Assembly: GCA_003505795.1 (NCBI GenBank)
Contig: DNXT01000303.1
Span: forward strand, 1-57,729
Source: Lysobacteraceae bacterium
GTDB lineage: Bacteria; Pseudomonadota; Gammaproteobacteria; Xanthomonadales; Xanthomonadaceae
Length of the DNA stretch: 57,729 bases
Reading direction: 5' to 3'
Position numbers and translations under genes: made by a program. Shown piece after piece: positions 18,314 to 24,382 of this stretch (position 1 is the first letter of the stretch; the number at the start of each line of letters is the position of its first letter). Below the pieces are notes generated by a model. It saw only the letters and a list, made by a program, of their open reading frames with translations. It was not told the DNA's origin and did not search any database.

Positions 18314-19054
18314 ATGATACGGATCGGTTGGCAGGGAACGACGCGCGCGGCGCAGCTGAAACATTTGCTTGGCACAGGATTGCAGGCCTGGCGCGACGAC
18401 TGGTTGTCCGGGCGGTGGCCCGATGCCTGCATCAAGGAATGGGATCGGCAGGTGGAACCGGGCGACGGCAGCCGCCTCGATTGGTTGCTGCGCGACGCAC
18501 AAGGGGCGGCGATGTGGATCCGGGCAGATGCCGCAGTGGAGCAGCTCCTCGGTCGCGGCGTACTGGAACTGGACTGTGGACAGGGAGACCGCCTGGTCCG
18601 CGAGGTGGGCACGCGCTGCTTCGCCGCGTTGTGCGCGCAACTGTGGGGAGGCGAGGACACGCCGGCCGCGGAACTGGAAAACCGTGACGATTTCCGCGAG
18701 TTCGAGCTCCGTCACGGAGGCCTTGGGTTCTGCATCGATGGCCTTGCCGGCACCATCCGCATCGCCGTCAATCGTTCCTGGTGCGTGGAGCGGCTGCCGT
18801 TCTCCACACCGAACCTGGCGCGGCCGGCGCTATCGACCCGGCGCAGTGCGCTCGCGCCGGCTGCAGTCAAGATCCAGGCGGCTATCGAGCTGGGCAGCAT
18901 CGAGCTGCTCGATTCGCTGCAGCTCCAGGTGGGCGAAGTACTGCTCACCGACGTCTCGCGCAACCCTGCCGTCACGCTCTCCACCAGCTCCGGGCGCCTG
19001 GCAACCGGGCGGATCGATCCGGATCGGCAGGCCAGGACGGTCGTACTGGATTGA
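18314..19054 (+). CDS. C-ring protein with C-terminal SpoA domain (FliM/SctQ-like), lacking the FliM N-terminal CheY-P binding peptide
   Basis: The C-terminal SpoA-like segment is IQAAIELGSIELLDSLQLQVGEVLLTD...LSTSSGRLATGRI. It sits upstream of fliN. The N-terminus is unlike canonical FliM. Confidence 0.55.
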   Translation: MIRIGWQGTTRAAQLKHLLGTGLQAWRDDWLSGRWPDACIKEWDRQVEPGDGSRLDWLLRDAQGAAMWIRADAAVEQLLGRGVLELDCGQGDRLVREVGTRCFAALCAQLWGGEDTPAAELENRDDFREFELRHGGLGFCIDGLAGTIRIAVNRSWCVERLPFSTPNLARPALSTRRSALAPAAVKIQAAIELGSIELLDSLQLQVGEVLLTDVSRNPAVTLSTSSGRLATGRIDPDRQARTVVLD

Positions 19055-19110
19055 CCTCACCTTGCGCGGCCGCCTGCAGACCGCATCGCGAAATTCCTCT
19101 GGACGAACCC

Positions 19111-19365
19111 ATGAACAAAGAAATCGCAATCAACGAGAAGGACCTGAGCCTGCTGGGGCACGTCAAGGTTTCCTTGGTCGCCGAAATCGGCACTGCCGAA
19201 CTGACCGTGGAGCAGTTGTTCGCGCTGGGCAGCAAGGATCTGGTCACCCTTGACCAAGGCGTGGATGCGGAAGTGACCCTGTTGCTGAACGGTCGTCCCG
19301 TCGCCCGCGGCGAACTGGTGGCGATCGAGGACAAGCTGGGCATCCGCATCACGGAACTGGCCTGA
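19111..19365 (+). CDS. fliN: C-ring protein FliN (SpoA domain only, 84 aa)
   Basis: Sequence VSLVAEIGTAELTVEQLFALGSKDLVTLDQGVDAEVTLLLNGRPVARGELVAIEDKLGIRITEL is typical of FliN. Confidence 0.85.
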   Translation: MNKEIAINEKDLSLLGHVKVSLVAEIGTAELTVEQLFALGSKDLVTLDQGVDAEVTLLLNGRPVARGELVAIEDKLGIRITELA

Positions 19366-19367
19366 GC

Positions 19368-19742
19368 ATGCTCGTTGTGGCCCAACCGATACCATTCCGC
19401 TCCGATCCGGTGATCGGTGGCGACCAGGTGCTGTGGATCGTTCTGGCGACGGTCGGCCTGCTGGCGCTGGCCTTCGTCGTCCTCGTGCATCTGCGCAGGA
19501 AGGGTTGGCTGAATGCCTGGTCGGTCGGCAGGCCGCTACCGCAAGCACAGGTGCCGCCACGCTGGCAGGTGCAGAGCCAGCGCATCAGTCGTCGGACCAC
19601 AGTACACACGCTGAGTCGGGAGGGGAGTGCACTGCTGGTAGTGGAATCGCCCAACGGTGTCGCGGTGACTGCGCTGGACACGAAACCCGCCGTCCCGTCC
19701 ACCGAGGGAGGGATCGCCGATGGCACCAGCCAGTCTGAGTAA
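19368..19742 (+). CDS. fliO: FliO-like single-pass membrane protein
   Basis: Single TM helix (VLWIVLATVGLLALAFVVLVHL) in a gene located between fliN and fliP. Confidence 0.55.
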   Translation: MLVVAQPIPFRSDPVIGGDQVLWIVLATVGLLALAFVVLVHLRRKGWLNAWSVGRPLPQAQVPPRWQVQSQRISRRTTVHTLSREGSALLVVESPNGVAVTALDTKPAVPSTEGGIADGTSQSE

Positions 19743-20469
19743 AGTGCTTGCCGGCGTCACCCTGGTCGGCTTGCTGCTGGCCGGAGAGAGTCACGCGGCC
19801 GCACCGGCCGTGGACGCCGTGGGCGAAGCGGTGAAGCAGGACCTGGCACCGGCGCTGCGCACGTTCCTGGTGCTGAGCTTCATGTCGTTCATTCCGATCG
19901 CGTTGATCGGCATGACCTCGTTCACCCGCATCATCGTGGTGCTGGCGCTGTTGCGGCATGCATTGGGCATCCCGCAGACGCCGCCAAACAGCGTGCTGAT
20001 CACCCTGGCGATGTTCCTGACCCTGTTCTCGATGGGACCCGTGGCCGACCGCGTCTACAGCGAGGCCATCACACCCTATGTCACCGAACAGGTCAGCGCG
20101 AGCACTGCGATGGAACGCGCCAGCGAGCCCATCCGTGGCTTCATGGTGCGCCAGACCCGCGAATCCGACCTGCTGGCCGTGCTGGAGATGGCGCGGATCG
20201 AGCCGCCGAAGACCATGCAGGACATCCGCTTCACCCATCTCGCAGCGGCCTTCCTGCTCAGCGAGCTGAAGACGGCGTTCCAGATCGGCTTCGTCATTTT
20301 CCTGCCGTTCCTCCTGATCGACCTGGTGGTCGCGGCGATACTGATGGCGCTGGGCATGATCATGCTGCCACCGACGACCATCAGCCTGCCGCTGAAGATC
20401 CTGCTGTTCATCCTGATCGATGGCTGGGTGCTGGTATCCAGGACACTGCTGGGCAGCTTCTGGACCTGA
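19720..20469 (+). CDS. fliP: Export gate protein FliP (SctR family)
   Basis: A signal sequence is followed by FTRIIVVLALLRHALGIPQTPPNSVLITLAMFLTLFSM and LSELKTAFQIGFVIFLPFLLIDLVVA. Confidence 0.95.
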   Translation: MAPASLSKVLAGVTLVGLLLAGESHAAAPAVDAVGEAVKQDLAPALRTFLVLSFMSFIPIALIGMTSFTRIIVVLALLRHALGIPQTPPNSVLITLAMFLTLFSMGPVADRVYSEAITPYVTEQVSASTAMERASEPIRGFMVRQTRESDLLAVLEMARIEPPKTMQDIRFTHLAAAFLLSELKTAFQIGFVIFLPFLLIDLVVAAILMALGMIMLPPTTISLPLKILLFILIDGWVLVSRTLLGSFWT

Positions 20470-20485
20470 GGCACAACCGGTCTAC

Positions 20486-21160
20486 ATGGAATCGATCGAA
20501 CAGGAGTTGTGGCGGCGCCATGCGCAGGAAGGCGACACGGAGGCCCGTGATTTCCTGTTCCTGCGCTACAGCCCATGGGCCCGTTCGGTGGCGGCAGCGG
20601 TCGCGCGGCGGACTGGCCTGCGGATGATGGACTGGGCCGATCACGCGCAGAATGCCCAGGTCGGCTTGCTGGAGGCGATGTCGCGCTACGACGCCAGCCT
20701 CGGCGTGGACTTCATGGCCTACGCCAAGCCGCGCGTGCGCGGTGCCGTGTTCAACGGCATGCGCTGTTTTCTGCGGGCCGATGCCGCTGACAGCCGCAAG
20801 CGGATCTCGGTCGACCGCCTGGAATCGTTGCACGAATACGCGGACGACCCCCTGACAGCTTTCGTCGACACGGTGGTGGGGCTCGGACTGGGCCTCTTGC
20901 TGGACGGCGATTTGAGGGGTGACGACACCTCTGCCGGCATCGATGGGTACAGCCCGGTGCTGCGCGATGCGCTGCTCAAGGTACCTGGCCGGCATCGCGA
21001 AATCCTGATCGCACATTACCTCCGACAAATCCCGTTCCAGGATGTTGCGCGTGAGCTCGGGGTAACGAAGGGCAGAGTGTCGCAGCTACACAAGGAAGGC
21101 CTGGGCATGCTGCGCGGGATACTGAGGGAACGTAGATATGACAGAGATGCGTTCTTTTAG
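20486..21160 (+). CDS. fliA: FliA/sigma-28 family RNA polymerase sigma factor, last gene of the operon
   Basis: Region 2 (VGLLEAMSRYDASLGVDFMAYAKPRVRGAV) and the region 4.2 HTH (FQDVARELGVTKGRVSQLHKEGLGMLR) are present. The stop TAG at 21158-21160 overlaps the dif-like site. Confidence 0.8.
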   Translation: MESIEQELWRRHAQEGDTEARDFLFLRYSPWARSVAAAVARRTGLRMMDWADHAQNAQVGLLEAMSRYDASLGVDFMAYAKPRVRGAVFNGMRCFLRADAADSRKRISVDRLESLHEYADDPLTAFVDTVVGLGLGLLLDGDLRGDDTSAGIDGYSPVLRDALLKVPGRHREILIAHYLRQIPFQDVARELGVTKGRVSQLHKEGLGMLRGILRERRYDRDAFF

Positions 21161-21186
21161 GTTACATAATATACAGACAGCCCGAA
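21159..21186 (-). other. Left dif-like site: on the minus strand TTCGGGCTGTC-TGTATA-TTATGTAACCT (poor XerC arm, good XerD arm)
   Basis: Compared with E. coli dif GGTGCGCATAA-TGTATA-TTATGTTAAAT, the central region matches 6/6 and the XerD arm 8/11. Confidence 0.65.
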
Positions 21187-21527
21187 TCTGCAGGCTGGTC
21201 CATCTGCGGATTAGCCTTTGCAATCATATGGTTAGCCGACAGGCCGATTACGCATAGCATTCCTAGCGCCGTGGCGGCCAACTTACGCCACACGGCCTTT
21301 TCCTCGCGGCTTACTGCCCGGGCCTCTCCTACGATCCCCAGCACTTTCGCCAAGGGAATTCCCGACAGTCCAGCGATCGTGGCGCACACAACCGGATCAG
21401 GCAGCCGCACGCCTTTCCGGTAGCTGGACATTGCCTGTTTCGACACGCCTAGTCGCTTCGCTAATTCTCCGTCGGTAGCTGCTTTGGATTCTTCCTTGCA
21501 GCGGTCGAGTAGTAAATTCACGTCCAC
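21162..21527 (-). CDS. Phage HTH (Cro/CI-type) repressor-like protein with a C-terminal hydrophobic segment
   Basis: The HTH is ELAKRLGVSKQAMSSYRKG. It is divergent from the phage replication module. Its last codons and stop (CTG TAT ATT ATG TAA) are the dif core itself. Confidence 0.7.
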   Translation of the reverse strand: MDVNLLLDRCKEESKAATDGELAKRLGVSKQAMSSYRKGVRLPDPVVCATIAGLSGIPLAKVLGIVGEARAVSREEKAVWRKLAATALGMLCVIGLSANHMIAKANPQMDQPADSGCLYIM

Positions 21528-21592
21528 TAGTCCTCACCCTGTTGACTTAAGTCCTCACCCAGAGTACAACGCATCAAGTCCTCAGGCTGAGG
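21528..21592 (+). promoter_or_regulatory. Phage early promoter/operator region: three AGTCCTCA(CCC) repeats around TTGACT-N17-TACAAC
   Basis: Repeats lie at 21528-21539, 21549-21560 and 21576-21586. A palindrome CCTCAGGCTGAGG lies at 21580-21592. The -35 TTGACT is at 21541-21546 and the -10 TACAAC at 21564-21569. Confidence 0.5.
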
Positions 21593-21661
21593 ACCGCCCC
21601 TCGCCCCCGGTGCCCTAGCCGGGGCAGGGGCAACTAGGGCGGCTAGGGCAGGGGATAGGGC

Positions 21662-21847
21662 ATGGAATACCACGTGCAATACCGCGACGGTCGGCGTTGG
21701 GTAACGCTGGACGTGTGCGCGGATCGTCATGCAGTCATGGATCGCAGGGCAGAACGTATTGCCTCCCTGGTCGAGCGCGGCTGCAACTTTGTTGGCCTCG
21801 GTAAGGATTTCCGCGTGCGCGGCGTGCGCCAGCAGGTGGCGGCATGA
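21662..21847 (+). CDS. Phage hypothetical protein (61 aa)
   Basis: First ORF downstream of the operator region. Its stop overlaps the next start. Confidence 0.5.
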   Translation: MEYHVQYRDGRRWVTLDVCADRHAVMDRRAERIASLVERGCNFVGLGKDFRVRGVRQQVAA

Positions 21848-22119
21848 CCGATTTCATTATCTGGGTGGTACTTGCTTCGTGCTGCCTGTGCGTGGCCTTC
21901 GGCTTGGTGCGTCTCTCCACATGGCACGTGGCCTATTTGGATCGGAAAGCGGAAGCCGTGCTTCGCGCACATCAGTTGATCATTGGCGCTGAAATTGAAA
22001 CTGATTTGCAGCGCCTGGAAGACGCATGGCACATGCAAGACCAGTGCAATTGTGAGCATTGCGTCCGTGGTCGCGCCGAAGCGCAGCTGGAGAATTTGAT
22101 TGGCGAGGTGCGTCAATGA
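21844..22119 (+). CDS. Phage hypothetical protein (91 aa) with an N-terminal TM helix
   Basis: ATGA-type coupling occurs at both ends. A hydrophobic N-terminus (FIIWVVLASCCLCVAFGLV) is followed by a coiled coil. Confidence 0.5.
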   Translation: MTDFIIWVVLASCCLCVAFGLVRLSTWHVAYLDRKAEAVLRAHQLIIGAEIETDLQRLEDAWHMQDQCNCEHCVRGRAEAQLENLIGEVRQ

Positions 22120-22307
22120 GCCTTCTTTCTCCTGACCTGCAAAGTTTGCGACTAGTGGGGTTGGCGGTCGCTTGCGTCGTGGGCCTGTTGTGGCTTTTTC
22201 GTCTCGCCATTCGTCGTCCTGAGGTTGTCGGCCTCGCGTTTTGCCTGCTTTCCATGCTGGTGCTCACTGTCCAGTTGATCGTGGGTGCTGTGGAGCTGTT
22301 TCCATGA
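22116..22307 (+). CDS. Phage small membrane protein (63 aa, two TM helices)
   Basis: ATG 22116 overlaps the preceding TGA. The sequence is hydrophobic. Confidence 0.5.
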   Translation: MSLLSPDLQSLRLVGLAVACVVGLLWLFRLAIRRPEVVGLAFCLLSMLVLTVQLIVGAVELFP

Positions 22308-22501
22308 GCCGCCCGACCGACACCGAGCGCGGCGCCCGCATTGCCCTCGATTACGCCAGCGCGCTGCTCGCCGCGGCGAAGGGTAAGGATCTGTTTCCGG
22401 TTCGCCTCACGCCCAAGCATCGGCAGTTGTGGCTGGGAATCAAGCGGGTTTCCGAAGAGCAGTTGGCCGAGTGCCGCGCACTGCGGGAGGCCCGCGCATG
22501 A
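22304..22501 (+). CDS. Phage hypothetical protein (65 aa)
   Basis: ATGA overlaps are present on both sides. Confidence 0.5.
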   Translation: MSRPTDTERGARIALDYASALLAAAKGKDLFPVRLTPKHRQLWLGIKRVSEEQLAECRALREARA

Positions 22502-22623
22502 AACTGTGGCAGTTGTACGACCTGAAAAATCAAGCTAAGACCGAAGACGAACGCCACGAGCTCGACCGACTGATTGAGGAACGAATCAGGTGGATCGGCT
22601 CGGGGCAGGGCGATGAGTCATGA
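22498..22623 (+). CDS. Phage small protein (41 aa)
   Basis: ATGA overlap with the previous gene. The call rests on translational coupling only. Confidence 0.35.
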   Translation: MKLWQLYDLKNQAKTEDERHELDRLIEERIRWIGSGQGDES

Positions 22624-23239
22624 ACGCCCATTACCCCAACAGCCCGTGCTACCAGTGCGGGGGCAGCCTACAGACGCTCAATGCGACGGATGCTCGCCTG
22701 ATCTGCTGCACCAGCTGCGGAGCGTTGATCTGCAAGCGCAGGGATATGCCGAGCTACTCCAGCGCGTCCCGTGGCAGCAGTTCTGGACGCTCACTTTCCG
22801 CGTCAGCAAGTCCGGTCGTAACGGCGGCATGCACGATGAGGCAGCTGACAAAGCGTTCCGCTACTTCGTCTCCTGCCTCAATCGCAGCGTCTACGGCCCC
22901 AAGTGGTCCACGCGCTGGCACGGCGGCATCCAGTGGGCACGGGGACAGGAATTCCATCGCGATGGCCGCTTGCATTTCCACGCCGTCGCAGCTGCACCTA
23001 CCGATGATCTTAACCGCCTCGCCAGTCGCTACGAGTGGCACGAGTTCTGGTATCGCGAGTTCGGTCGCAACCGCATTGAAGCGCCGCGTAGCCAGGCGGA
23101 TATCACCGGCTACGTCAGCAAGTACGTAACAAAGGGCGGGACAGTCGATTTCAGCAGGAATTTCGGCGCGTGGATGCCACCGCCAATCGACTACACCCGC
23201 CGTCCCGAGCAAGACGGCCTGATCCAGCCGAGCCAGTAA
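22613..23239 (+). CDS. Rolling-circle replication initiator (HUH endonuclease); the 5' end is uncertain and may be frameshifted from an ORF starting at 22620
   Basis: Motifs found are FWTLTF, the HUH motif LHFHAV and the catalytic Tyr motif GYVSKYVTKG. See the finding on the frame switch. Confidence 0.75.
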   Translation: MSHERPLPQQPVLPVRGQPTDAQCDGCSPDLLHQLRSVDLQAQGYAELLQRVPWQQFWTLTFRVSKSGRNGGMHDEAADKAFRYFVSCLNRSVYGPKWSTRWHGGIQWARGQEFHRDGRLHFHAVAAAPTDDLNRLASRYEWHEFWYREFGRNRIEAPRSQADITGYVSKYVTKGGTVDFSRNFGAWMPPPIDYTRRPEQDGLIQPSQ

Positions 23240-23411
23240 CACCGGATCACCGGGCGGACTGATGCAAGCATCGCGCAACGGGTCAACGAGCTACTCACCG
23301 CGACCCGCCGCATGGGGGGGAAGGGGGGGCTTAGCTTGACCCCACAGTACCGCCCGAAATTTGCAGTTCGTAGTGAAGCCCATCAATCCAACTATGCAGA
23401 GAGAAAACGAA

Positions 23412-23711
23412 ATGAACGCTCCGAAGATCACGATCAATTCCGCTGTCGAGACTCGTACTGTCACCACGTCGAAGGGCATGCAAAAAGCCATCTACAGTCA
23501 GCGCGCTACGCTCGAAACGGATGCCATGCGGATTCAAATCGATGTTGAGGTGGACGGCCTGGACAAGGGCTATCCGGTGGGTGCGGTCAAGGAATGGGAT
23601 GTGACCACGGACCTTGTTCCCGGCCGCTTTGGCGTGGAGCTGGCACGTCGCATGACGCTGGTCGATGTGGTCAGCAGTGGTCGTCCGCAGCCGCAGCAGA
23701 AGGTGGCGTGA
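23412..23711 (+). CDS. ssDNA-binding protein (pV-like), 99 aa
   Basis: Size, its position after Rep and the RBS GAGAGAAAACGAA before ATG 23412 support the call. The assignment is by synteny with inoviruses. Confidence 0.55.
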   Translation: MNAPKITINSAVETRTVTTSKGMQKAIYSQRATLETDAMRIQIDVEVDGLDKGYPVGAVKEWDVTTDLVPGRFGVELARRMTLVDVVSSGRPQPQQKVA

Positions 23712-23714
23712 TTC

Positions 23715-23966
23715 ATGGCCGATGACGCTGCCCTGGTGGTGCAGGCAGAGACGCTCGTTCTTACCTGCAAGGTTGCCGATTTCGACGCCACCATTGGGCA
23801 GTGCTCGGCCCCTTATTACAGCCAGCCACCAACGCTCTTTCCGTATTTGAGCGCGGTGGATGGGCTCATGATCTCGTTCGCCATTGTGGGAACGTGGACT
23901 GTCGGGCTGGTCGCGCGGCTGATCATCCGGACAACGCAACTTGAAAGCCGTTCTAACTCCTACTGA
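23715..23966 (+). CDS. Phage small membrane protein (83 aa)
   Basis: Has a C-terminal TM helix (LMISFAIVGTWTVGLVARLII) and lies between the ssDNA-binding protein and coat genes. Confidence 0.5.
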   Translation: MADDAALVVQAETLVLTCKVADFDATIGQCSAPYYSQPPTLFPYLSAVDGLMISFAIVGTWTVGLVARLIIRTTQLESRSNSY

Positions 23967-23976
23967 GGACATAGCA

Positions 23977-24234
23977 ATGCAGAAGTTTATCCGCAATACC
24001 ACGAGCGCCGTCGGTGCGTTCGCTTCCAGGGCCCGCAATTTGATCGGTGTCGGTGCCGCTGTCGCCCTGGCTTCGCCGCCGGTGGCGTTCGCGCAGTCGG
24101 TCGCATCGGAAATCGGTGGCAGCGCCCAGACCGAGTTGACCGGCGCGCAGACGATCATTATCGGTTTGCTGACCACGCTGGTGCTGATCGCCATCGGCTT
24201 CGTGGTCTACAGCCTGATTAAGAAGGCTCGCTAA
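23977..24234 (+). CDS. Major coat protein (pVIII-like) precursor
   Basis: The signal peptide ends PPVAFA. The mature part has an acidic N-terminus (QSVASEIGGSAQTELTG), a hydrophobic core and a basic tail (SLIKKAR). Confidence 0.75.
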   Translation: MQKFIRNTTSAVGAFASRARNLIGVGAAVALASPPVAFAQSVASEIGGSAQTELTGAQTIIIGLLTTLVLIAIGFVVYSLIKKAR

Positions 24235-24297
24235 TTGGCGATGCATGACGGCATCAACGGGGCAGGGTGATCCTGCCCCTTTTCTAGGGGAACTAAC

Positions 24298-24363
24298 ATG
24301 ATCGGATACATCATCATTGTGGGCGTTCTGGGCGCAATCTGGCTGGCCTATGAGGCTGTTTGA
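24298..24363 (+). CDS. Tiny hydrophobic protein (21 aa, MIGYIIIVGVLGAIWLAYEAV), pVII/pIX-like minor coat candidate
   Basis: It is not in the ORF track because it is under 60 aa. AGGGGAA precedes ATG 24298, and it sits between the major coat and pIII-like genes. Confidence 0.4.
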   Translation: MIGYIIIVGVLGAIWLAYEAV

Positions 24364-24382
24364 TCGGCATCCTGGGGGCGGT

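Noticed and set aside
22574-22612. ATG 22574 as the Rep start (as in the ORF track)
   Set aside because: It lies inside the preceding coupled small ORF, and third-codon positions in this frame are A/T-rich until ~22750. The real 5' end is unresolved; see the frame-switch finding.
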